Source: Salisapilia sapeloensis CBS 127946 (Eukaryota > Protista > Oomycota). Taken from it: DNA of 47,455 bases. The position numbers and the translations under genes were made by a program. The stretch spans positions 1 through 47,455 of the forward strand of contig JAADVB010000146.1 of the NCBI GenBank assembly GCA_023334545.1, read 5' to 3'. Under the pieces are notes generated by a model that had not been told where the DNA came from, made no database searches, and saw only the letters and a list, made by a program, of their open reading frames with translations. Below are positions 1-11,978 of the stretch, piece by piece; the stretch's first letter is position 1; each line of letters opens with the position of its first letter.

Positions 1-14
1 ACGCTAAATCTTCG

Positions 15-1746
15 CTACGGATAGTCAGAGTAGTCGAATTGGAACGTCAGATCCATACCTATTTCAATACACAAACCAATAATTAATTTAATGTAGACAA
101 ACCTCAGTAGAAGCGATAGGCGTACCAAAATGAGGGTATGGGATCTGCGCCACAAATAGTAGAAACAAGGCAGATCTTGCGATGATAATTATCCCTTGTG
201 TTTCCAGCGTGAAACCAAGGAGTTTGATCGGACTGAAGCCAAACTTCCATCGGATATACGAGACGAATGCAATGAACGAAAGGAACTCTAGCCCTCCGTA
301 CAAAGCGATGCCGTCGATAGAGTCGTGAAGTTTGTTTTCTGTCAAGTGCCGAAAGTATATGTGGTACTTGGCGTTCGGCAAGTAGAGCAGTACGGACATG
401 TAGATAGTATAAATAAACGGCACCACGAACTCGACATACTCGAGCGATGCCAAATATTCACATCGGAAGAGCAGAGATTGTGTTTGCCGCAAAAACAAAG
501 CCTTGTCCTCATCCGAAATGGTCACCTCGTGTGTACTAGTCGTCATTCTGCGCTTTTCGCTCGGAGCGTTGAGATGCTTGATGGTTTTAACTTCATGTAT
601 CGTCGGAGAGAATGGTATGATGGCTGTCTCTTTAAGTGTCTGCTGACTGGACATGTCAACTTTGTTTACAGCCTTCTTCTTTTCCATGGGCAGAGGAGAT
701 ACTTTACATTTCTTAGGACTTTGCATCTCTTTCGTCGTTACGCAACTTTCATTTGCGACTGTCGACTTGGGCCGATCTGGAACACATTGAAGCACGATGG
801 ATAGCAGATCCTGTTGCTGGTGACACTGCAGCTTGCTTTTTGCTTCGCATACTTTTTGACATGCTCTATGGACGTTATAAAGCGCTGCGATAGAGTTGAA
901 TCCATCGAATAGTATAAGAATGACAGTGGACCAAGGAGACACGGCCGCCTGCATGCACGTGGAGACGTAAAATGCGTTAAAAATTTCTACAGAGAAAACT
1001 GTCGTGTGTATAATGTTTTTCGGCATGGAGATATAAATATTCGCGATGAAATTCTTCATGAGTACTTTGATGATTGGCAGCAAGAGCACCAGTACAGCTT
1101 GTTCCATCCCTTGAAGTCTGATAAACACTGCAGAGAAGGCTGGATAGACAACAGTTAGTGCAGATTGTCCGACCATCAACACTAGTGTCGTTCTCCCTAT
1201 AGTGCGATAGGCAGAGGGATTTGATGAGCTAGTCGTTTTGAAGACGAAGATAAATGTCATTGCAACAGGCAGAACTCCTGCAACGGTTACGAAGAGAAGC
1301 CCAAAAGGAACTGGAAATATCCAGACGTAGCCTAAGAGGACGAGTGTTGCCATCTCCACTGTGACGGCAAGGACGAATGTGACAGTCATCATTCTGGGGG
1401 ATAAGAAAGCTTCTGGATGGCCTTGGAGGACCTGAATGCAACCGCAAATCGTGGATACAAGTAAAAATCCAAAGGCTCGGAGATAGAACATGTAGTTCGC
1501 CTTCCACCCTGCGCTTGGAGATGCTAACGGAATACATTCTAGACCAAGTATACAGATTACGGCAGGCATTGGTACCCCAAGAATGATACCAAAGCTCTTG
1601 ATCCATGTTGTTTCACAATACGCTCGGAACGCTCGCATTCTCTCGACAGAGTAATTGCCTTTGTGAGATATTTGGAAGTATTCCCAAAGTCGCCTTGCCC
1701 TTTGCAACTTCGTAGATGCCCTACGTGATGGTGTAGAGGCCTGCAT
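15..1746 (-). CDS. Oomycete-type multi-pass transmembrane protein of unknown function (2 exons: 1746-126, 58-15)
   Basis: 552-aa ORF with two blocks of hydrophobic helices separated by a polar linker. A GT..AG intron at 125-59 (67 nt) changes the C-terminus to HFGMDLTFQFDYSDYP*, matching the HFGxDxTFxF ending I recognise in this expanded oomycete family. Confidence 0.8.
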
Positions 1747-2906
1747 ACCGCTGGATGTTGCAGTAGTTTACGGCGATCGGCTTTGCTTGCCTAAATTAAG
1801 GTACAAGTTGGTAAACTGACGCATGAAACGCTCGCTGAAGATGATCATACTCTTTCTTATTTACTATCAAATAACTCTAAAATACTTAAAAGCACTTATG
1901 TGTGTGGCTTAAGCAAATATCCATCGGAACAAAGCTTCACTGCTGCCTTTACGGCAGGATTAAACCACGACATGATCTAGATAACGTATATTATGCAATT
2001 TAATCCAGCTCGAATCGCTAATAAACGTATATACCACAAGTATTTTCAACGATGGAGATGGATATAATATCATTCTAGTATCATTCCTTTTACTGAAAGT
2101 GTTTTTAAGTTTAGCCCAGAATCGACAAGTTCACATGCTACTATGCCACTAAAGCAAAATGCTTGCCCTTGAGAGAGAGCTTCTAGCAGAATCTCCGCAA
2201 CTTTATATTTTCCTCGTATTTATTTGAAGCTGATGCCTCTTGGTATACTCGCAAGAGCAGGGTTTGGAAAATAATTATGCGGAATGTATAGATGTTTGTA
2301 TTTTCGACGGGAAAAAATTCAAACCCTGGGCGAAAGGAATGCCTGGATCGACAACTTGGTAGCTCACGACTGATATCTCTTTAAAAAAGCATCAAAGCTG
2401 CACGAGCGTGAAAGTTAGCAGGATCTACCAGCACATTTAATTCACTCCTGTAGTAACCGTCAACATGTGCTATTCAGCAATTATTTCTTGAATGTATTTC
2501 TTTTTATAATTTTTACCTTGTTTGGTAACTTTCTTCGTACAAAGTTGTCGTAAGGCTATGAGCTTTCGAATAAGTAGTAAGCATACACAGCTTACACGAC
2601 CAAGTATTAGTTCTTTTCATAGCTGCTACATAACACTTATTGCGGTAGTCTAGACCATTCGACCAGTTCAGCGCATTCTCATGCTACTACCAAACAGCAC
2701 ATATCAAAGATCTCTTCATCGTGAAACGACACCAAGGACAATCTGTATCCCAATAGTATTTCTTCCTCAAGAACATTTCTAACTATCCGTCCGATGCTTT
2801 AATCATGCACAAGTATCAAGCTATAGCTACCATCAACAACATACAAAGGATATATACTTTTCATATCAATATCCAAACTAATTTTCTTCTATGCATTCGC
2901 ATTCCT

Positions 2907-5900
2907 TCAGACGCCTCCGAGGACACCATTCAGCGTATCACTAATAGCATACATCTGCCTCCGTTCTCGTTTCACTCGTCCAATCCCAGCGCTCTGTCCT
3001 CCACTACTTCGCAAGGAGCTCACATCACCAGTAGACGATCGCCGTTGCTTTTTTGCCTTCCTCTTCTGATAGAAGAACGCGTCATTCACAGCATCATCCA
3101 AAGACGCATAAATCTTATGAGGGACCGTGACATTCGCAATGGTCCGGAAGAGCGCGTCTTCGGTGATACGTTCCTGCCACACGTCCTGATGCATCCGACT
3201 CTTTTGAATCAGCGGCATGGCTTCTTCCAATGGCGCATGGATCAAGTCATCCAGCAGCAGCTCATGGATCGCCATGGCCGCACGAAACAGGAAGACCGTG
3301 CCATCCAGCAGAAAGTTATCCACGACTCTCGCCGCAGCTTCCAGCGGCAATACTTGTAGAAAGAGCGTTTGCAGCCAGTTCATGAGGTACATGGATGGCG
3401 TGACATTTATGCTCTTCAAGTGTTGCTGTAGCTGCGGAAGTCTTGCTTGGAGGAAGTCATCAAAGATCCGGTAGTAGACACCCGAGAGTTCATTATCCAA
3501 GAGATAGAACGAGAATAAGTGTTCATGCACCATGAGGTTGGCAAGACATTGGAAAGCAAGGAAACGGTCCTGGGGCATATGCAGACAGAGCAACGCCGCG
3601 AGGTACGACATGCCTTGGATGTACCCCAGGTCCGGACGATAACAAGCATACGTTTCTAGTACTTCTAATAGGAAATCATAGTACGGTCCAGTCGCATCGA
3701 AGAGCTGGAGAGATGGAAAGGTGCGAGGGAGGTCTGTGTCGATCATCGAGAGCGTGTGTTCCCGACCGATGCCTTGGTCGCCGCTACGGGCTCTCGTCTT
3801 GGTCGATCTCGCGCGTCGGCGATAGATCTGGTACATGTCCGGCGTGATCTTGAGTTTATTTCCGATCGCGAGCGGCCAGACTTTCGCTCGAATGGATGGT
3901 GGGATACCTCGTCTCCAGAGCGATTGTGCCAGAGGTGTGTCTTTACTTTCGTTCCAGTCCTTGAGGACTCTCGTTGTCCACAATTTCTTCGCGCGACGTA
4001 ATTCTTCTTCTCGAACGTGATTCGTGTGTCGAACCGCAGCAGAGTATTCTGGTGATCCACTTGAGGACAATTGTGGCGAGTCTGCGACGGAGTCCATCAC
4101 GTCTGAAAACGAGTGTCGACGTTGCTTGTTGCTTGATAGTGGGGTTAGGGACGATGGAGACGCTTGGAAGTAGGCGATATGAGGCGGAATACGCGGTTGA
4201 GACGCTTCGAGCGCGACGGTATACTTGTGTCCACATGCTAGGTATAGGTCTTTGCTGTGGTCAAAAGTGTCCACCCGCGTCGGACTGTCCTTGTTCGTCG
4301 TGTGGCCGAGACCACAGGCACCGTAGAGATTGAGACCCCATGCATAGACGACATTTGCGTCGGTTGTCACAACCGAGTGGAAGGCACCGGCGTAGACGCG
4401 ACGAATGCTATCGTTCGCGTCTAGACTAGTGGACATATCGACAACTTCCGGGACTGGCTGGTAGACTGCACCTCGACCTAATTGTCCATACTCGCCTAAT
4501 CCCCATGCATAAATCTGATTATTCGATCCGAGGGCTAGCGTATGCGTATATCCACATGCCATGTCTACGACCATGACGTGTCTCAATCGCTCGACTTTCT
4601 TCGGTACAAGTTGATCCTTATCCGAGTACCCTAATCCACATTGTCCTTCCGTCTGCTTTCCCCACGAAAACACTTGTCCTTGATCCGATAGAGCACACGT
4701 AAAGTTCCATCCACACACGACATGGACAATCTGTCCTCGACTAGCAAAACAAGTGACTTCCTGTGGTGTATCTCGACCTTTCGTATCCCCCATCCCTAGG
4801 CGTCCATTTCGTCCGCGCCCAAAGGTAAAGATAGCATGTTGGTCCGTCAAGACAGCTGTATGGGCACCTCCACAAGCAACATGGACAACTCGTTCTTTCA
4901 AGAGTGCCATGACTTTTCGTGGGACACTACGATCTCGTAGGTCGCCATGCCCTAATCGTCCATCTTCTCCACTACCCCATGAATATAATTCACCGACGTC
5001 ATTTAATGCCATTGAATGCTTTCCACCACATGCCACTTGGACGATTTTCGTCTGATGCAGTGCTTTTTCGAGGGCTAGGTCTTCAAGCAGATGAGGAGAT
5101 AGGAACGAAGTGCTCGTGTCGCCAGAGGAGTAAACGTCACCAGTGTCAGTGAGATAGAGCGCGTGTTCCCCACCGCATGCCACTTGGACGATCGATTGAC
5201 GTTGTGCGAGTGAGACGCTTTTTGGACGCAAGATGAGTGGCATCCCAGCTTCTACGTTCGGAGGTCGACCCCATACATAGAGGTTGTTGGTTTCCATGTC
5301 ATTGGAGGGTGAATCGACGCTTTGTTCGGACTGGTGGACATTTTCGTCCTCCGTTACATCTGTAACATCTTCTGTTACGTCCACCTTTTCTTCAACGTCC
5401 ACTTTCTGTCCATCTGGACGAATCCATGGATTCAATCGATTCTTCATCTCTTCCAAGTATGTGTTCTGGAGCTCAAAGAGTGCTTGCATACTCTCCTGGA
5501 TTTGTGTCTTCATTTTGTCCTCAAGCATTCGTCTGTCCATTTCAACTTGAAAAGTGTTTACTTGATGTGGATGACTCGATCCTCCGTCTTTTGTAAGTCT
5601 CGTCCAATGCGTATTTTTCACCTCTGGCAGGACTTCATGTACGAGTGAATCGATACAAGAGGACACTGCTTGGTCACATTGTTTATCAAAACGTGGTTGT
5701 AAGTCATCGACGAGTCGATTGTGTGTCTGTGCAAGTGCTTTTGCATGGCTGTTGATATCATCTGAAGACTGAAGGAGTGGCATCTGAGCCACTCGACGAT
5801 ATTCATCCGCGACGGCATCAGCTGCGAGCCACCATGCGCTCGTGGCTTTACGATACGCTTTGATGCAGTTGGACAGCGCATTGAGATTACTTTCCGCCTG

Positions 5901-6873
5901 CAAGAGTTCATTTCGAAAGACATCCGATAGGTCTTGACTAGGGTTTGCCTCCTCCACACTCGTGTCGACATCGACGTCCTCTGCGTCCTGCCACGCACTG
6001 CTCGTGCTTGGCGCGTGCGTGGACTGCTCGAGGCCGTAGCCATTGTCACTCGAAGAGGCTGGAGAGGAGATGACGGAGCTATGACGATGGTAGGACGCCA
6101 TGCTACTAGCGTCAGAGCCTCGTCGAGATAGAGACGAGGGTTTCGCCCAGTCCGGGAGCTGTCCTGCTGGACGCAGTGGACGGTTCTTGTGTGTCATTAA
6201 AAAGTCGTAGAAGATCTGCATGTCCTGTCCGGCAGGAGAGCTGTCGTCATGATGGAGTCCTTGCTCTCGCTGGAGAACGAGTTGGTCGAAGACGTCTCGA
6301 AGACAAGCGTCTAGACCTAGGAATCGTTGTTCCAATTGGTCTTTCGTAAGTGGGTAGACCTGTAGGGAGTATTTGGGTGGTAGATGGACAGTCGAGTGGA
6401 TGGATAGTTTGTATATAAAGGAAGTGATTTGAGAGTAGCGACTAGTAGCGAGGTGAGTGACAGGATGTGGACACGTAGGGGAATAGAGCCTACCGATAGA
6501 CGAGGAATCGGGAGGATGATGTCGATACTTGGAGGACATAAGCCAAGAAGGTTTTACTCGAGTTTTGATGCAAAGCTCGGTAGTACCCGAGTACTTGGAC
6601 GTCGAGGAGACTGCCAAAGCCGGAGGACATACTCTTGTATGGCTAAAGGTATTCTTTGTATGGAATAAGAGACGCCCTAAGCGACGAGCTCCCTCTTCTG
6701 TATGCCTCTTCAGTCGACTTGGAGACCTGTGTAACTTTATATATGTTCTTGCTTCGAACTGCAAGCGTCCTATTGTACTTGAACCTCTTATTCTTAATAC
6801 ATGGGAGGAAGACGAGTACGAGGATGGAAAGCAGCGTACTGGAGTCTGTGTTATACAAATGGAGTTTATTCAT
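2907..6873 (-). CDS. Rab GTPase-activating protein: PX-like + coiled-coil/BAR-like + RCC1 repeats + TBC (TBC1D12/14-like) domain
   Basis: TBC motifs WRRGIPPSIRAKVW, IDTDLPRTFP (IxxDxxR) and YIQGMSY (YxQ). About 7 RCC1 repeats (VACGxxH, WGxGxxGxLG). PX-like RYSQ..LPPK..EQR near the N-terminus. Exon 1 is 6873-6840, then an intron at 6839-6770 (GTACGC..TAG). A probable in-frame intron lies at 6528-6442. The 5' structure is less certain than the domains. Confidence 0.85.
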
Positions 6874-7096
6874 GGTAGGAGGTGGGTGGATGTCGACGAG
6901 ATGGATCTAATCGACCTCTGTCGGTCTAGATGAGTTTATACTTGGAATTTGTATGTGACTAGACCCTCGGACGACTATCTGAATCGGCCTTTGAGTACGA
7001 CGCGTGCGTAGCGGCTTAGTAGCTCGCTCGACCTCCTTTTGGTCTCCCATTCCTACATACGTGTGCATTGGAACTGCCCAAGACGATTAGCCATCA

Positions 7097-9082
7097 ATGT
7101 GTGGTATTGGATTGGAAATTGGTCCGCAGGACGACGCGACATCGCTTGTCGATTACAACCAGCTACAGCTTCGTGGACCAGACCAGTCGCACTGCATTGC
7201 CTTACAATGTCCAAATCCATGGTATGCAGTCATGTATGGTGCAGTTTTGCACCTCCGTGGTCCAGAACTTATTCCGCAGCCAGTCGTCGACGACCATCAC
7301 AACGTCTTGTGCTACAATGGCGAAGTCTTTGGTGGCAACACGGCTCATGCAATGACCTCTACGGATAGTAATGACACAGAGGCAATTATGCGTGAGCTAG
7401 AAAAGGCACAAGGTGACGCTGACGCTATCACCCACGTGTTTTGTCACATCCATGGACCATTTGCATTTATCTACTTTCATGCGGCTACGAACAGTATCTA
7501 CTTTGGTCACGATCGATTCGGTCGTCGTAGTCTAGTTAGTCACGTTTGTCATACGACCAATCTCTTATATGGGGTCGCGACAGGCGATCGATCGAGTGCC
7601 CCTTGGGACTACAACACCCGCTTATGTCTTTCTTCCGTTTCTTCTGCTACACCTTGCTGTCCATCGACCTTCGAGGAAGTCCCACCCTCTGGTATATTCC
7701 AGTTAACCTTCCAGGAACAAGAGATGAAGCTGGGTTACCGTTCGTACCCTCTCATCCCTCCAGCCGTGGATCGTACCAGATTCTCCGACCTTGATGTTGC
7801 CATGAACGCGTTGCTTACAGCTCTCGACCACTCGGTCCGTGTACGCGTCAAGAGCATCCCATATGTAGAAACTAGTAAAGATACGTCTCCTGTTGCCGTT
7901 TTCTTTTCTGGTGGTCTCGACTCAGTCGTACTGGCTGCTCTTACCCACACACACGTACGTTCGAACGAACCGATTGACCTGATCAATATATGCTTTGACG
8001 CTGCCTCGAACTTTCATTCACCAGATCGAAAAGCAGCCATTGCATCGTATCATGAGCTATGTCAGCTCTACCCAGACCGACGATGGCGCTTCATATGTGT
8101 TGATGAAGTATATAATCATGTCCAACAGCATCAAAAGACGATCCAAAGGCTTTTGTATCCAAGTGATACGCACATGGACTTGAATATCGGTGCAGCCTTT
8201 TGGTTCCTCGCGAGAGGACGTGGACATCTATATGAGAGCCAAGACAATGTAGTTGAGAAAGAGGACACAAGTGTCCATAATGACAGTTTATTTGGCTTCA
8301 AGCCTTTTGATGGAAACGTAGTAGACGATCCGAGGGAATGTCCTGCCATTGGATGTAGCAGGAAGTACAAGGATGGCTGTTGCTATGATGTCTGCAAAGT
8401 TTGTTGCGGATACCTACGTAGACAGCTCACAAAGCTCCATGCATCCAACTTGGACCCACGTGCGGCTGCTTCCCTAGAAACTAAACTCGTAGACATAGGC
8501 TTTGCTTGTTCTCTTGACCGCTTGCACCACTTCCTCAACTCCTTTCCGTCCGTACCTGTATGTCCAGTGCATGAGACGCATGTACCTCCCCCAAAGGCAG
8601 TAGAGATGCCTGTGTCTGTGCCAACGTTCGAGACCAAGGCACGCGTCGTACTCGTTGGTATCGGCGCCGACGAGCAGCTCGCGGGGTACGGACGGCATCG
8701 CACTGCCCTGGAAGAGGGTGGAGAAGCCAAACTGCGTTCGGAACTCGCCAAAGACCTCGGTCGGATATGGAAGAGGAATCTTGGACGAGACGATCGGTGC
8801 ATCGCTGCGCATGGGCGGGAAGCTCGGTTCCCATTCCTGGACGAAGACGTCGTTCGATTGATTAGTGCCTTCCCAGTAGATGCATTATGTGATCTAACGC
8901 AGGAACGAGGACAAGGAGATAAACTAGTCTTGCGACTCGTAGCTCGACAGCTTGGTCTGACAAGCTGCGCGGCGCTGGCGAAACGAGCGATCCAGTTCGG
9001 ATCACGGATCGCGAAACAGTCAAACGCTGCGACTTGTACGAGCAATCGACAGGCAAGCGGACAGGATCGATTGGAAGAGTAG
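7097..9082 (+). CDS. ASNSD1: Asparagine synthetase domain-containing protein 1
   Basis: N-terminal MCGI (Ntn Cys), RGPD, LCYNGEVF, DRFGRRSL, FSGGLDS, GIGADEQLAGYGRH, RNLGRDDR, EARFPFLD, KRAIQFGSR. Single exon. Confidence 0.9.
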   Translation: MCGIGLEIGPQDDATSLVDYNQLQLRGPDQSHCIALQCPNPWYAVMYGAVLHLRGPELIPQPVVDDHHNVLCYNGEVFGGNTAHAMTSTDSNDTEAIMRELEKAQGDADAITHVFCHIHGPFAFIYFHAATNSIYFGHDRFGRRSLVSHVCHTTNLLYGVATGDRSSAPWDYNTRLCLSSVSSATPCCPSTFEEVPPSGIFQLTFQEQEMKLGYRSYPLIPPAVDRTRFSDLDVAMNALLTALDHSVRVRVKSIPYVETSKDTSPVAVFFSGGLDSVVLAALTHTHVRSNEPIDLINICFDAASNFHSPDRKAAIASYHELCQLYPDRRWRFICVDEVYNHVQQHQKTIQRLLYPSDTHMDLNIGAAFWFLARGRGHLYESQDNVVEKEDTSVHNDSLFGFKPFDGNVVDDPRECPAIGCSRKYKDGCCYDVCKVCCGYLRRQLTKLHASNLDPRAAASLETKLVDIGFACSLDRLHHFLNSFPSVPVCPVHETHVPPPKAVEMPVSVPTFETKARVVLVGIGADEQLAGYGRHRTALEEGGEAKLRSELAKDLGRIWKRNLGRDDRCIAAHGREARFPFLDEDVVRLISAFPVDALCDLTQERGQGDKLVLRLVARQLGLTSCAALAKRAIQFGSRIAKQSNAATCTSNRQASGQDRLEE

Positions 9083-9101
9083 ACAGTTTGTATTCGAGGT
9101 T

Positions 9102-9519
9102 TTATTCTGACTTGGGTGCATCCGTCGGCATGGCTTCAACGTTCTCGACGCTCAGCTCTTCCCACTGATCCGAGTCTAGATATGGACATGAGACGATAGA
9201 AATAGGGATCGATCGAAAAAAAAGTACTCTCTTTCTTCCAGCACATGTATACGATAGTATCGCTTTGGACTGAATGGTCTGATAAGGCAGCTGCATCCGG
9301 GTACTCTTTGCTTTCCTTCTACAAGTAGCATAAGTACTCGATTATTCTCACAAGACAAGTCGATGTTACAGTTTGGAGGCCACTCCAGAGCTGCATGTTC
9401 TGAGCTGGCATATCAAAGAGCAACCCGAGCCTCTCTTTCACTTGCATGAATGTATCTGTCAATTCGACATCTAGAAACACTGTCGTCTTATGCCGCTTCA
9501 CGCGAATATACGGCTTCAT
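9102..9519 (-). CDS. ELOB: Ubiquitin-like protein, Elongin B-like (3 exons: 9519-9370, 9318-9228, 9175-9102)
   Basis: Spliced product MKPYIRVKRHKTTVFLDVELTDTFMQVKERLG...LSDHSVQSDTIVYMCWKKENSDQWEELSV. The RHKTTxF motif and the overall layout resemble Elongin B. Introns of 51 and 52 nt have GT..TAG ends and keep the frame. Confidence 0.7.
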
Positions 9520-9606
9520 GACGCTTAGTATTGATCGATGGCGACGTTTGTGATGATGGCAGTTTGTAGAAACTATGGATTCATCGACATAATCAGGAAA
9601 TTCCGA

Positions 9607-10991
9607 ATGGCGAAAGCGAAGAGCGAAGAGCGTCCTTCGACGAAGGCGAAGGACACATCGACTTACGGATCTAGTGTGTCTACTATACTCACTTTATTGG
9701 TGGTTGCCGCAGCAGTTGCAGTTGCCGTTGCTAGTTATGACCCGAGTCAACTGCCACCCCAAGTCCACCGTCTGCTCCATGACACTGGATTCACGGCATT
9801 TAATGGAGGCAGCAGCTTTGTATGTGAAGACGCACATGCGTATTTAACGGATGTGCACCCTGTCAAGGGTTTCCATGTCGTCTGCATCGAACGGACACCT
9901 CAGAACACGTATGTAGATAGTATCTTTCTATGAGTTGCTAAAGTACCTCATTGAGTTCTAGGCTCTACCTTACTGCCTTCAAGGACGGCAACTTTAAGAA
10001 TAGATCGATGGAAAGTGTAGATGACTTGAATTCTGTGCGTGGAAACGTAGAGCAGTTGGTCGACTATACTCCACCGCAGGATGAACATGGAAAAAAGCAT
10101 AAACAGCCCTATGCTTTTTTTACACCTACAGGAGATCGCTTGTCTATGCTCGGTGATATGACAAACGCCATCGTCTTCATGTTTGAAGGAGGTCAATTCA
10201 TCTGGCCTGGCGTCCGTGTCGGTCATGAACGGATCGTACATGACGTGTCTGGACGAGGAGATGTCGTGCTCAAGACCATGAGCATGATTCCACTCGTGTT
10301 CGAAGTGGAGGAGTTTCTTAAAGACGAAGAGATTGATATCATCTTGGAAAAATCCATGGACCATTTAGCTCCGTCCGGTGTCGCACATGCAGACGGCCAT
10401 GAAGGTCGTCCTGCGACAGACTGGCGGACATCCAGCACATACTTCCTTTCGTCCTCGGCGCACCCGGTCATTCGTGAAATAGACCAGCGGACGGCAGATC
10501 TAACCAAAGTACCTGTGACACATCAAGAAGACGTGCAGGTACTTCGGTATGAAGCGACGCAAAAGTATGACCAGCACTTAGATTACTTCCCCGTGGATCG
10601 TCATCAGAAACAGAAGGACATGCTAGAGACTATCCAGCATGGCTACCGCAACCGGATGGTCACGGTCTTTTGGTACATGTCGGATGTGGAAGAAGGGGGG
10701 CATACGGTCTTCCCTCGTGCTGGAGGGAAAGCGAAACCATCGAAGTTTAACGATTGCAGTCACGGGTTGAAGGTTCCTCCGAAGAAGCGAAAGGTCATTG
10801 TCTTCTACGACATGCTGCCGAATGGGCAAGGTGATGAGATGAGTTTGCATGGAGGTTGCCCAGGTACATTTTCTATTCATATTGCTCTTGCCTCGGATTG
10901 ACGTCGTTATCTTTTTTCTTTCCTTATAGTGGAGAAAGGGATCAAGTACTCTGGAAACAAATGGATTTGGAACAAACCGTATCAAAAATGA
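9607..10991 (+). CDS. Prolyl 4-hydroxylase (2OG-Fe(II) dioxygenase), type II membrane-anchored (3 exons: 9607-9908, 9962-10863, 10930-10991)
   Basis: N-terminal TM anchor. RTSSTYFL, QVLRYEATQKYDQHLDYF (HxD), RMVTVFWYMSDVEEGGHTVFP, LHGGCPVEKGIKYSGNKWIW after splicing. Introns of 53 and 66 nt. Confidence 0.9.
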
Positions 10992-11920
10992 TCGGGATGT
11001 CGTTCGAAAAGAAAGAAAGTGAGTTCAGAACTAAGCTTCGAGCATCTAGCGTAGTCTGTGTTCTCGTCTTCTTTTACTCGTACTTCCTTCTTAGCTACCG
11101 TTTGAGGAAATCAGGAACTTTAGCATCGTGTTTGCAATCCTTGAAGGTCATTTCAACTAAGTAATCGCTTTTCTGACCACGTTTCTTGATTCTATCTACC
11201 ACTCGCATGGAGTTTGTGATCACTTTCGTGTCCGTTCCCGTTGCTCACTTGCATCATGTGCCTGACCTTAGTCTGCGACGGGCGACGAAGAGCGTAGTAA
11301 AACGATACTTGCAGGCCCTTTCATTTGACATGCATGGCTGTGATGCCGATCACGTATACCTTTTTTGACACGATCATGGCCAGTAACGAAAGGTGCTGCA
11401 TGCCTCCGCAGGCCGTCCCTGACGTCAGGCACGAAACGGCTTTGATTTGGGTGGCAAAAGTGACTCGGTTTCACCGTCGCTTGCTTGACACATCCTCTTC
11501 GATACCAGATACTGTATACATATATACCTCTGGTCACGAGCGCAAACGCCATCGCGTTTCGACGAAGATACGCTCTTTCCACCATAGCAGACGAGTAGCT
11601 CAGCCTTTGGCTTCGTATCTTCCCAATGGCGTAGGTCGGTCAAAATTTGTGGTCACCATGAATCCCGTCCTGAAACGGCATATCTGGACACTATACGAAA
11701 TCGAGTCTTCGTTGCGACACGAACGATCAACTAGTCTTGCCATATAACTTTCCATTCCTTGGATCCTACTTTATAACTTTTCCGACGTTCAATTCGACGA
11801 CACTCGTATCATATAAGTTTGTAGAGCGCAAGGCGCGTAGAAATCGCTTTTTTCTGCTTCTCGTACCTATTTAATCCGGTCGCGACAAACGCTGCTTTCC
11901 ACGATGTCGCTCGCCTGATC

Positions 11921-11935
11921 TTATTTCCCAATCTG
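11921..11935 (+). promoter_or_regulatory. INR-FPR-like oomycete core promoter element
   Basis: TTATTTCCCAATCTG about 44 nt upstream of ATG 11979. It resembles the oomycete YCATTYYNCAWTTY initiator/flanking element with mismatches. Confidence 0.4.
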
Positions 11936-11978
11936 GCAGCTACTGCACAAGTCCGCCACGACATTCGACGGTATCATC

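Noticed and set aside
1747-2900. AT-rich spacer scanned for tRNA, snRNA or transposon remnants
   Set aside because: No T-loop/B-box (GTTCRA) cloverleaf, terminal repeats or recognisable transposase/RT motifs were found by eye.
2805-3359. Plus-strand ORFs opposite the TBC gene, and other 60-220 aa overlapping ORFs (e.g. 8383-9045, 24291-24878, 27860-28366, 28435-28986)
   Set aside because: Shadow ORFs inside confidently identified genes; no motifs or coding-like composition of their own.
11325-11747. 140-aa plus-strand ORF in the unexplained segment
   Set aside because: It starts at TTG just after an in-frame TAA, has no recognisable motif and lacks promoter space after P4H. Not called as a CDS.
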